A program made the translations under genes and the position numbers. From assembly GCF_021028975.2 (NCBI RefSeq), contig NC_059437.1, positions 56,420,001 to 56,469,253 of the forward strand: a stretch of 49,253 nt of DNA, given 5' to 3'. The notes under the pieces were generated by a model. The model was given only the letters and a program-made list of their open reading frames with translations. It was not told the DNA's origin and ran no database searches. Positions 10,355-23,000 of this stretch are shown here, one piece after another. The DNA comes from Sphaerodactylus townsendi (taxonomy: Eukaryota). Positions within the stretch are counted from its first letter, which is position 1. Each line of letters opens with the position of its first letter.

Positions 10355-10599
10355 TATTACAAACTAGTTATTGACAAATACTATTCTGTGCGTGTTTACT
10401 CAGAGGTTTCACCAAATCCTGTACCACTTACTCCCAAGTGAATATGCTCAGCAGCTACAGACCACAAATAAAAGGCTCGGGAAGCCATTCTTAACGTTGT
10501 TCCTAAAAGCCCTTTAGAAAATCCCAAACACAGGCAAGCTAAAAATTCATGAATGAAATGCATTTAAGCACACCAGGAACGCATCCCCGAAAACTCTCA

Positions 10600-11020
10600 T
10601 TTCACACCCCCCCCCCGGAACCAAGGACTCCTGGGACGGGGGGTCCGTCGGAGCAGCAGAGCAGCGGACCCCTTAGCAACAGGCGAGGGAGGCGGGGCTC
10701 GTTGCTGGGGAGTCCGCGCTCCAAAGGGGTCCGGGCCGTCCCTGCCTCTTCCGGTCCCTCCCTGCCTCTTCCCCGCAGGCCGTGGCGGTTGGTTCCGGCC
10801 CGGCTGTCGCGTCGCGGCCGGCGGCCGAGGCAGGAGGCGAGGTTCGTGGGATGCTGCTGAGCCGCCCCGGGGTGGAGAAGACGGAGCAGGCGGTGGCGGT
10901 CAGGCGGCTTCTGCGCGCCGGAGGGGCGGCCAGGTCAGCCTTGTGGGCGGGGCAAGCGCAGCTGGGAGGCTGGGAGAGCCCAAGTGGAGCCTCCAGGCTC
11001 AGAGGCAGTGTATCGTGGAC
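10600..11020 (+). promoter_or_regulatory. USP30 CpG-island promoter
   Basis: CpG-rich; RFX-like half sites ccttagcaac (10671-10680) and gttgctgggg (10701-10710) flank a GC box ggaggcggggc; ETS-like cttccgg near 10748. Confidence 0.65.
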
Positions 11021-14000
11021 GTGAGATGAGCATATGAAGGCCTCTGGTCTGGCACGTTAGCTGGCTGCTGTCTCGGGGAGAGGACGGTCCTTAAACTGGA
11101 GGCTACTGTGTAGGAGCTGAGCGGAGGGCACTCCTGGGAAGTGTATGTTTGAGCACGTCAAGCTGCCTTATGCTCAGAGAAACCCTTGTCCGTGTTGCCC
11201 CTTGTGACTGGCAGCAGCCGCCCACGGCCTCAGGCAGAGGATCCTGCATGTCTGTCACCCTGAGCCTTTGGACCGGGGATGCCAGAGACCGGACTGAATG
11301 GAGGATTGTTTGCAAAGAGAAACGTGTTGCCACAACTCCAAAACAAATCAAGTTATCTTATGCTGAGTCAAGCCCTTGGTCCATCGAGGCCTGGATTGTG
11401 TACTCTGACTGCTAGCGGCTGTCCAGGTTCTTAAGCAGGAGTCTCTCTTAAGTAGGAGCAGCAGTGGCGTAGGAGGTTAAGAGCTCATGTATCTAATCCG
11501 GAGGAACCGGGTTTGATTCCCAACTCTGCCGCTTGAGCTGTGGAGGCTTATCTGGGGAATTCAGATTAGCCTGCGCACTCCTACACACGCCAGCTGGGTG
11601 ACCTTGGGCTAGTCACAGCTTCTCGGAGCTCTCTCAGCCCCACCCACCTCACAGGGTGTTTGTTGTGAGGGGGGAAGGGCAAGGAGATTGTCAGCCCCTT
11701 TGAGTCTCCTACAGGAGAGAAAGGGGGGTTATAAATCCAAACTCTCCTCCTCCTCCTCCTCGCGCCACGTCCAACCGGATCCTTTTAACTGGATCCTTTT
11801 AAATGCAAAGTTCATGCTCTTCCACTGAGCCAGGGCCCCACTCCCAAAGCACATGAGCCGAGTCCATCAAACCCAGTGTTGTCTTGTCTGACAGGATGTG
11901 GTTGTCCCGGATCATGCAGGATTGTCACCTACAGAGGTGGAGGTTCATGAAATGGAGGGACCTCACAGGGGTAATATAACACTGAGTCCACTCTCCAAAG
12001 TAACCATTTTCTTCAGGAGAACTGATCTGTCTTACCCGAATATCAGTTGTAGTTCTGTGAGATCTCCAGGCCCCACCTGGAGGTCGGCAACCATAAGTCT
12101 TTCCCCAAGAACTGATAGCTGATCCATGTTACTGTAGATGTCAGGAATCCTACCCTCAGTGTGCAAAGTAGCTGCCACAGAGCCACTGCCCTTCCCCGGC
12201 ATGGAGAAACTGGGTTATCAGGAGTGCTATTGGAGAAGAGAAGAGTGTTGCAGCCCATCCTCAAGAATAATCCTGCCTAAATCTGGTAGATCAGCATCAG
12301 CTGAACCTTCTGCCTTCCCAGCCAGCATTACTTCCCTCTTGTCTGGGTAAACTTTTGTGATTTGAGAGCCCCCCCACCCCCCGACCCTGAGAAGCCAGAG
12401 CAGCTGCCACTTAGAGAAGACAAGACTGGCCTTGGTTGGAAATAGTAGAATGACTGAGCTTATCTGGCTTCTAGAAAGGATTGTCACAATGTAGTGTGCA
12501 TAGAACCCTTTGAATAAACTAAAAACAGATATGAATAAGCATTATTATTGTTTTTGTCGATTTGCTTTCATGCTATTGCCGCCTTGGCAGTCAAAGATTG
12601 GTGTGTGGACGTCTTTGCCTAATTTTTACTTGCATTTATTTTTATCCTGTTCTTAGATCCAAAGTAATGAAGAACTGGGGTGTGATCGGGGGCATTGCAG
12701 CTGCTCTTGCTGCTAGCATTTATGTCTTGTGGGGTCCCATCGCTGTCAGAAAAAGGCGCAGAAAAGGTGAGGCCGCAGGGCAGGGGGGCAAAGGTTGGCA
12801 ACTGCCCCACATGCCCCAAAGTGTTTTTTTATTCCACTTTTCTAGTTAGGCTTGGAAAGAAAAAGCCAGACATAAAAAGTGACGTCACACTTCAGTGCTG
12901 GTGTCGTGTAGGGAGGGTGTTGTACGGGGATGCTCATAGTATGGTGTCCAACTACAGGAGAGCCCCACTGTTTCCTGCCCTCCCCCCATAATAGCCCACA
13001 CAGTCAGCCATACTCTTGAATTCTGAGCTGTGCTTGATTTCTTTTCCTTAGGGCTAGTGCCAGGCCTACTTAACCTGGGCAACACCTGTTTTATGAACTC
13101 TTTGCTCCAAAGCTTGTCTGCATGTCCATCTTTGATCAGCTGGCTGGAAGAATTCACAGTTCGGACGGAGGCCAACCAGCCTGCATCCTCTGGGAACCAG
13201 TGTTTGTCCCATACGTTACTCCGGCTCCTGAAAGGTAACATTCCTAAAGTAAAACCAAATACATTTTCCAAAGGATTATCCTCTTTTCTGTTTTGATTCT
13301 TAATTCCTCTTTGTTGGAATATCACTTGGAAAAAGTGTCACCCATATCAGTTTCTCTGCGGCATCTGACACATCTGAACATCCCCTATCGAGATATATCT
13401 GAGCCTGAGACTTCTAAGGAAACAACAACTGGATGGAAAACTCCTGGTGTCCTTTTACTGCTGTGCTATAGAGAGTGTCTTAACTTACTGCATCTGTGTA
13501 TGGTTCTCACAGTGGCAGATAGGAAGGCGCTCCAAAGGGTGATCACTACTGCACAGAGGATTATCGGCTGCCCTCTCCCCTCCTAGGAAGAACTCTATAA
13601 TTCCCGAAGCCTAAAAAAAGCCCAAAGTATTCTGAGAGACCTGTCTCATCCAGCACGCTTTCTTTTTGAACTGTGACCATCTGGCAGACGATACAGGTCT
13701 CTCAAAACTAGAACAAAGAGGCTTAGAGACAGCTTCTACTCTAGAGCTGTGGCGATGCTGAACTCCGCGGCTTCGTAGTGATGTGTTTGGGGCTGTTCAG
13801 GAAGGGGAAAGTGAGGATGATGTATGAGTCTGAAATTGTGTGCATCGAGGAATGCTGCTGTAAATTTCGTTGTTCGTGCACAATGACAATAAATGCTTAT
13901 GCTTATACAATCCAAGACACAGATATAGGGGTCAGATAGGAATCATTCTGCCCGGTATATAAATGACTCTCATGTGTGCACCTGTCTCCAATTAATTAGA

Positions 14001-17000
14001 TTATGGATTCATTGCCTGGGACGTCAGTGTCTAGTAATATGCTTACCTTTATGGAAACGGACAAGGTCCGCTTATTAAAAACTGTAGGGTCTAAGGACTC
14101 AGCTTTAAATGTTAATTCAGGAGACTGTAGCAAAGTTTCATCCTGTGTGAAAAAGCAAATAAGATATAAGCTGCATTGGCGGACTTTGGGTCTGTTTTGA
14201 TGGGTGCACTACTGGATCTGGGGCCCTACTGGTACAAACCCAGTTTGCTATGATCGGATAATATAACCAACCTACAGGAAAAAGAGCAATAGCATATGCA
14301 ATGGAAAATCACCTAACATAGGTGTTGACACAGATATGCTGAAAATATGTGGAAGATGTTGGACAAATGGACTTTCCAGGGTTGATTCTTGTATCATCCA
14401 GAATTGTGTTTAAAAACAAATGTCAGTAGCTTTGATGAGTTATCCTGCAACACCTGGGCACGTTTTATAAAGAAGATGAGAGCAGCTCTGAAGGTTCAAA
14501 AGCGGCTTTGATCAGTGCAGCCCTGGTATGTCTAGGATGTTGGGCTGTTCCCGTGCGGAATCTGCCTTTTATCCATTCTCTGCTTTGATCAAGCAGCTTT
14601 CTTTAATGTGAAAAGAGATGCATTTCCCCAGCATCTTTCAGTGGAACAATCTCGGGGTATCTTGTTCCTGCACACTTGGCATTTTAAAATCAAGAGATTT
14701 TGAAGGGTGTTTTGTCCCATGGCTCTGGTTTGTTTAAGCCAAAGGCTTTTTGGGGTGCATTCAGCCAGTCTTAATGGGAGTCAGTGGGCCACTGTAACAC
14801 CAGAAGCCTATTTCAAAACAGCTGTTTCAAAAGAATGAGTCCATATGGGATCATTAGAATGGCAAATGTGCCAAGAGCGCCACACAGTGATATATGGAGC
14901 TGAATGAAAGGAAAATGTGAGCAAGTATACACGACTACAGAAAGGACCAGGTGGCTTTGTTTCTTTGACCTGTGGGGCCTTGCTGTAAAACTGGTGTGGG
15001 TGAAAGTCTTCTTAGTACAACCTGAGGGGAAGGTCCTATCGTCTGGTTACTATTTCCTAGCATTTTTGGGAAGACTTGGTACTTCCTGTTGTAGGTAATA
15101 AATAAGGGGAAGCTGCACTGAGGGAAAGAATATTTTTGAGGGGTAATACTGTGTTCTGCCAGCAGGTGCTGCTATAATGACATTTGTCGTTCTTGGTGTG
15201 TGAGGGTTTTTGGATTGGAGGGCACCATAGTGACACCTTCTGGCAGAACATAACATTAAAATAGAAACTACAGTTTTGACTAAAATCATATTCTGAAGTT
15301 CACAGATATGTGCTGGAAAGCAATAGAGAGTCACTGCAGGAAGCTGATCTGTGTACATTCGTTGTAGACTGTATTGACTCTGTGTAAGCCACCTGGAGTT
15401 CAAGTGAGAAAGGCAAACTGTGAATAAGATAAATAAATAAGCTAGCCCACCCAACACCTATAATAGGAAAGATGAGCATGTTCTGGGATGGCCTCCATGG
15501 CTCACAAGTGACATGAAGGCCATCAGAATCTGAAGGCACAGTTCAGGACTGGGGAGTGAACACTTCCATAATGTTCTCTTTTCTGTGTGATGCTTTCAGC
15601 TTTATCCTGTCAAGAGGCCACAGATGAGGACATCCTGGATGCCAGTGGCTTGTTAGAGGTCTTAAGGACGTACAGGTGGCAGATCTCCTCTTTTGAAGAA
15701 CAGGTAGCTGCTGAACCCGAATAAGACATCATTGCATGCTGCTCAGTGCTTCCAAAACCTACTGATGAACGCAGGGCCCGTGGGAGATGTAAAGTTGTCA
15801 TGGGAGACACAGAAACCAAAAAGACCAGCTTCTTTGCTTTCGTAAATCTTGTAAGGCTTACTGGCCTTGTGTGTTTCAGACCTGTTTAAGACATCATAAG
15901 GCAGGGATAGCCAGCCTTTTTGAGTCTGCAGGCGCTTTTGGAATTCTGACGCAGCATGGTGGGTGTGGCCACTAAATGACTGCTATAGGGGGCGGAGCCA
16001 GACACATAATGGACGGTGCAGCTTATCTTGAGTCACACCTTGAAAAACAGCTGCCAAAGCAGCATTTTGAACAATTTGCTCGTCCAATCAAATCTTCAGC
16101 TGCCAATAGCCTCACCCAGCCCTGCCCACTTTCTAAAAACACTTGGCAGACATCAGGACAGGTGTTGGTGGGCATCATGGTGCCCGTGGGTACCACACTG
16201 GAGACCCCCGTCCTAAGAACTGTCAACATGTTTAAAAAAAAGAAACTTGAGTTCTTAAAATTTTGAAGATCTCCAAGCTGCAACAACATCTTGAGATGTA
16301 AGCATGTGTGCAGGCCCACCTGCCCGCATATACACACCCACCTGACCCAAGGAATTTACTTTTCCAGATTCATTGGCTCACACTGGCTCCTTGTTTCTGC
16401 AGGATGCCCATGAGCTCTTCCATGTCCTCACCTCTTCATTGGAGGACGAATGGGATCACCAGCCACGGGTCACGAGTCTGTTTGATGCACACTTGCTAGA
16501 GGTGAGAAGCAACAGGGTGGGGGAGCACTCAGGGACCCACAGAGGGACTCACCGGGGCAGATACTGAGTGTAACACAGAGCTGGTTGAGTCCCCAAAGGC
16601 TGGAGACAGGACTTTCCACTCCATTCCCTGGGACTAACCTGCACTACTGAGGGTGGAAGCTGTTGAAAATGAATGCCAATGACCCCCTCCAGCAAGCCTG
16701 ACTGCACGGGGTTGGGTATTGCAAGGTGACTGAGGAAAGGGGGAGGTCCCAGACCTGGCAGGAGGGAAGAAGCTGTAGCTGTGGAGAATTGCTCTGGCCA
16801 GATAGGATTTCTTCACACACTGAATAATTTGCCATCAGTGTCTTCCAGATGAGCAGGTGTGAAGAGTTCGGTCAGAGAAATGGAATTAGCCTGGCATTTG
16901 CTACCAGAGACCTCGCACGTTTCTGTGGGCCCAGGACAGGCTCCACCCACCTCCGCTGATGTTTACAACTTCACAAACAATGAAGGAGAGAAATGTTCAG

Positions 17001-20000
17001 TCTTCTTTCTGGAAAGACCATAGTGAGGCTTGCAGCTGGGCCAGGGTTTGGGTCTGGTCAGGGCCAGTTTTTGCAGACTTTTGCAGAGCTGTATCGCACC
17101 AGGATGCAGGTGACTGGAGTGTGTCTAGTCACTACCCAGGATTTTTCCATCCTCTTTAAGTTCGGGGCTTTGGGTTCATTGTTCCAAAGGTTATCTGCAG
17201 AAAATTAAGAAAAAGACACTTCAAATGTGCTTGAAGATCAGGCTTCCCCTCCCCCCCCGGTTGGTTGGTTGGTTTGTTTCAGAATGTCAAAGTCTCCAAA
17301 TCATGCATGTGAACAAAAAGGTAGCCATTTTATGTGTAACATGATTTTTTAAATGTATTTTTTGTTTCTCTGTGCAGCAACCTGAAATACCCCACAAGCA
17401 AATATGTTGCAGAATGAGAGGTAAAAACAGTTTCTTTCTTGGAAAGGCATGAAAGGTCTCTGTAGCATAAGCCATTTGCCTGGTTGATGTCAGAATCTGT
17501 TTCCCTGGGAAATGCCTCTGGGCTGTGTCCGGGTTCAATCCTGCTTCCGTTTTTTTAAATATCCGACCCTTCCTTTAAGAAACTTGGGCAAGTTTCTTCT
17601 CTCTGCTTTTGTGTCCTTGCATCAACCTTGCAAGGTCGGTAAGGCTGAGAACAACTGACTGACCCAAGGTTACCTGATTCTGTTTATGCCTCCTTGAGGC
17701 TAGAGTTGGAGACGATGCCTGTGTCTTTGCACACGGCAGACCAGCGTGAGGGTTCCCTCACAGCGCTGCTACGCTGGTTACACAATACAAAACAGTAAGA
17801 CAGACTCACACATTTGTGTTTCTGCAGAGTCGCCTCATTCTGTGTCGAATCACTGGAAGCTGCAGCATCCTTTTCACGGGAGACTGACAAGCAACATGGT
17901 TTGCAAGCATTGCAGGCATCAGGTATGTGTGCGTAGGTGAGGCAGAGAAAGGGCAGGCAGGTGGGCCAAATGTAGCACAAACAGCCTCTCCCTGAGTCTG
18001 AAGTGTTGCTTTCCATTAAGGTACCCATTCTGTTGCATGTGTTGCTCCAAGGCAGTTTTAAGGAAGAATTTGAACCCAGGTTCCATGCCACTGCCACATA
18101 CACATAGCAGACATTTGCAGTCTACACCTAATAGGTGAAGCTGACCTTGGAAATGGTTTCCAGCCAGCCACGAAGGCTGTGTGGGAACGAGGCCACTGCA
18201 AATTGCCCCTTTGATGGAGGTGTGGGTGGTTTCTCTTTCAGAGCCCTGTGAGGTACGATACTTTCGACAGCCTGTCCTTGAGCATTCCTGCCACTAAGTG
18301 GGTAAGTCCTGCTCTCCCCGTGGGGGCTGGGCACTCAGCTTCACAGAGGAAGCTGCTGTTTCTAATGATGAAGGCCTCCCAACTCTCTGCATCCTGTTCC
18401 TTCCCTTGGACGCAGGGCCACCCCATGACCCTGGACCAGTGCCTCCACCATTTCATCTCTTCTGAGTTGGTCAAGGATGTCGTCTGCAACAACTGCACCA
18501 AAGTATGTTGTTCTGGTTTGTGCTTCTCTTCAGCGTGGGTCACATCGGTGCATAGGAACACGGTGTCAACTCACTGTTCATTCATGTGTTGGGAAGGCCC
18601 CCTTTTCCCCACATTGCTCCGGAGGTTTCATCCTGTTCTGTGTGCAACCTTGGAAGCAACGCTGCCTCGAGAGTTTTTACCACCAAAGGCAAGGTGGATT
18701 GTCATGGTGTTGCAGAGAGTTAGTTCTTCGGGGTTTTGCCCTTGTCTGGTTGCCTGGAAGTGCAGCACAAGAAGTGTGAGCTCGCGAGCTGCTTCCAGCG
18801 CGGCAGAAGCATCCTTTGAATGTGGCTGACCTGGGCAAGCTGCTCGGTCTCCCTGTATGGCTGTTCTTCTCTTTCCTCCAATAATACAATAATACAGAGA
18901 GCCAGTGTGGTGTAGTGATTAAGAACAGGTGGATTGTAATCTGGAGAACCGGGTTTGATTCCCAACTCCTCCACCTGAGTGGCAGAGGCTTATCTGGTGA
19001 GCCAGATGCGTTTCTGCACTCCTACATTCCTGCTGAGTGACCTTGGGCTAGTCACATTTCTCTCTGAACTCTCTCAGCCGCACCTACCACACAAGGTGTC
19101 TGTTGTGGGGAGAGGAAGGGAAAGGAGCTTGTAAGCCATCCTGAGTCTCCTTACAGGAGAGAAAGGTGGGGTATGCATCCAAACTCTCCTCCCCCCCCTT
19201 CTTCCTTTTTGACTGACAGTTCTGGGAGCCAATGAGATTGCTCCTCTTTCTCCATTCTCTCTAGATTTGTTGGTTTGCCTGAGATGGCTGCGAACAGGCT
19301 CTTCTTTAGTTACCTGGTTACACCTTGTATATATTCATGCAGGAGCTCTAAATACAGTTCCTGAGTGCCTCTGACAGCTGTTAGTTCTGCAGAAAACATT
19401 CCTGCAGCCCTCTTGTTACTACAAGTCTCTTCTCTCACCAGCAACTCCTGGCTTCTCCTGCAGAATCTGAGTCCAGTTGATAGGTGAGCACTCAATGAGG
19501 CTGGTGTCATTGTTGAGAAGGTTTTAGAAGAGGACCGGCTGTCTCTGCTAGAACTCATAGCTACTACAGTCATGCAGAGGTTTCTTACATGGAGGCCTCA
19601 TTGGAGCTCCATCTGAACTAGGTCACACCTGGGGAAGTTTGCTACGACCACATCCAAGAATCAATCCAAATGAACTGTCTGTCTCTGGATGCTGCTGTCA
19701 TTGAGAAATCTGCAGCGCCTGAGTTTGGGATGGTCACCCTGATGTCAACAGGAGAAATTCTGTTTTCCCAGGTAGAGGCACAGGGGAGCAGCCAAGTCGC
19801 AGAGAACCAGAGAACAACCTTTGTTAAGCAGCTGAAGCTGGGGAAGGTGAGATCCCATTCTTAAGATCTTAGCAACACCCTTTAGAGGGCACCTGTGGGA
19901 ACCGATGGGTGAGTTGGAGGGACCACTCTGACTAGTGCAGGGGTCTGCAACCTGCGGCTCTCCAGATGTTCATGGACTACAATTCCCATCAGTCCCTGCC

Positions 20001-23000
20001 AGCATGGCCAATTGGCTGATGGGATTTGTAGTCCATGAACATCTGGAGAGCCCGCAGGTTGCAGACCCCTGCACTAATGGATGCCCTCAGTGTCTTTTTC
20101 CTTGGCACCAATAGCCAGTGGTGTATCTGCAACGGGAACAGGGGGGTCAAATGTCCCCGGCCAGCTCCTGCCGCTGTGGTGCCCATCCGAGCTGCCCCGT
20201 GAGTGCGGAGGGAGGCACCTGGGGCAGGTGTTGTCCCTGGGCAACATTTCCCCCCAAAACACCTCTGCCAATAGCTGGCAATCAGGGGACACGTTTTTGC
20301 TTATGATGGTGATTCCAGGTACTGGCGGCCAGTGTGGCCAGAGTGTCTGGGTGAGGATACAAGAAAGAATTGACTGTGTGAATACCATCCTGTGCTCTTG
20401 GGAGGCACGGCAGGACAGACACGCACTGTGGAGGGAAAAGGGGAGCTGAATCTAGATGGCTTAACGAAAACACCACTGACTTTATTCAGAGGGTGACAAC
20501 AGGAAGTTAAAGTTCACGCATGCCTTGCAGACCGTTACGTTACAAATCACAGGTTTTAGTTTTTTGGGCAGCAGAATTTTGCTCCATGGGTCCTAAAACA
20601 TCCAGCCCCTGCCAGGGGATGCAGAGGCCCCGCATAGCATTCAACATCTCAACTTCTGCTGAGGTTATTTTGCCAATACATGCAGACCTCAGAGACCTAG
20701 AATTCCTGTCGAACCGCTGGTTGTCACCGACAAAGGTCTTATAGGTTATGACCGACACTGGCCACACTGGTCGCAGGTCAATATTGTCACACTAATAGGT
20801 GGGGGACAAGGACAAACCCATGCACCACACTGAGATCTAGTTTCCTTGTGCAAGGAATTCCCCCACAGAGGGCAATCAGGTGTGTGAGCTTCTGTTAGCT
20901 GTCTGGATGCTGACCATCAAGAAGACACATTTCCCTCTTCCTGTGCTCATGAGAAGCAGGCCTTAGCTAGGACCACATGAAGGCCCTTTATGCTGCCCTC
21001 AGGCTTCCCCTTCTGCTGTGTCTGGCCACCCCTCTGCTGGGACCATGTCATACTGCTCTAAACAGCCCTCTTTTCCTCTGTCCTCTGCCGCGGCACGGCG
21101 ACCTCTTGCTGCGTAGCTTCCACAGTGCCTCTGCATCCACCTGCAGAGGCTGAGCTGGTCCAGCCACGGCATGCCTCTCAAGCGGAACGAGCACGTGCAG
21201 TTCAGTGAGTTCCTCATCATGGACATCTACAAGCATCGCTTCCCCACCCACAAATGGAACCCCAGGAGCAATCTGGAGGCATCGCCTCATCCAAACTCTC
21301 CAGGTATGTTTGTGGGAGAAACCAGAGAGGCAGCTGACCCCTGTGTGGCCAGCAGAGGTGACCCCATGGACCCCAAGAAACGCCCTGATGGGACCCCCCA
21401 ATTTTGGTGCAGTTTGGTTTAGGGGGTCCAAAGTTATGGACTCTCAAAGGGGGTACCCCATCCCACATTCTTTGCTAAGGAGATGGGGGCTACCCTTTTG
21501 AGGGTCCATAACTTTGGACCCCCTGAACCAAACTGCACCAAACCTTGGGTGTGCCATCATGACAGTCTCCAGATGATACCCTAAATTTTGGTGATGATAT
21601 GTCCAAAAATGCCCTCCCTGCAAGAACATCCCGAAATTTGCCCAAGAATCTTTGTTCTGCATTGAGTTTTCTGCATTGCTGTCAATGGGGGTTGCAGGCT
21701 GGGGGGGGGGCACATTTCTGAAGGCAGTCTCAAAACTTTTAGGGTCTCATCAGGAGATTTCCCTAATGATACCCCCCCCCCCCAAGTTTGGTGCAGTTTG
21801 GTTCAGAGGGGCCAAAGTTATGGACCCTCAAAACTGTAGCCCCCATCTCCTATTAGCTCCCATTGGAAACAGTGGGGGATAGGGGCCCCCCCTTTGAGAG
21901 TCCATAACTTTGGACTCCCTGAACCAAACCTCACCAAACTTGGGGGGTAGCATAAGGACAGTCTCCTGATGATAAGCTAGCCTAAAAACTGCGCCCCCTG
22001 CAGGCCAAAAATGGAAAACCACTAAAAATACCCAAAAACGAACCCAGCATTTTGATGCCCTCCACAAGGTGATGCCCTGGGCAGCTGCCCACCTTGCCCA
22101 ATGGGCATTACGCCAGTGCCCGGGGGCAGGGTGGGGGGTGGAACACAGGGGTAAGGTTAGAATTGTTAGTGCAGGAAGAAACAGAAGCATTTCAAAAAAG
22201 GGCAGGTTTTTAGCTCTCATGAAGGAAAAGATTTGGGATCCAAAGAGCTTAAAACCCAACAAAGAACTTCTCAAAAGGCCCCCAGGTAACCTTTGAGAGC
22301 AGCCTTGCAAATGACTGTACATAATTTATTTATTTATTTATTGTTTAGATTTATTAACCGCTTCACCCCCATAGGGCTCTGTTTGAGTCCTCCTCCGTTA
22401 GTCTTTTGTCAAACAAAAAACGGGGGCCAACTTCTGTAGTGCCTCTCTATCTGGTCCCAGGAGCAGCAGTGGTGTAGGAGGTTAAGAGCTCGTGTATCTA
22501 ATCTGGAGGAACCGGGTTTGATTCTCTGCTCTGCCGCCTGAGCTGTGGAGGTTTATCTGGGGAATTCAGATTAGCCTGTGCACTCCCACACACGCCAGCT
22601 GGGTGACCTTGGGCTAGTCACAGCTTCTCGGAGCTCTCTCAGCCCCACCCACCTCACAGGGTGTTTGTTGTGAGGGGGGAAGGGCAAGGAGATTGTCAGC
22701 CCCTTTGAGTCTTCTGCAGGAGAGAAAGGGGGGATATAAATCCAAACTCTTCTTCTTCTTCCCCCAGAAACAACTCTCCCTTAGCACGGGTGACAGCCAG
22801 GCAAGGGTGGTTCAGTTAGAGAGCATTGTTGTTCGCAGTGTGCATAGTTCAGTTCATTGCTTAATGGTGCTGCTTCTCTTGCAGATGTGGAACAGCTGGA
22901 TGGTAATAAACCCTCGTTCATGAACGGCACCTGCTCCCCATCGTTGCTGACATCCCCTATAGGATTTCCCTTCATGGCAGCTTCTGACTGCAGGTAAGCC

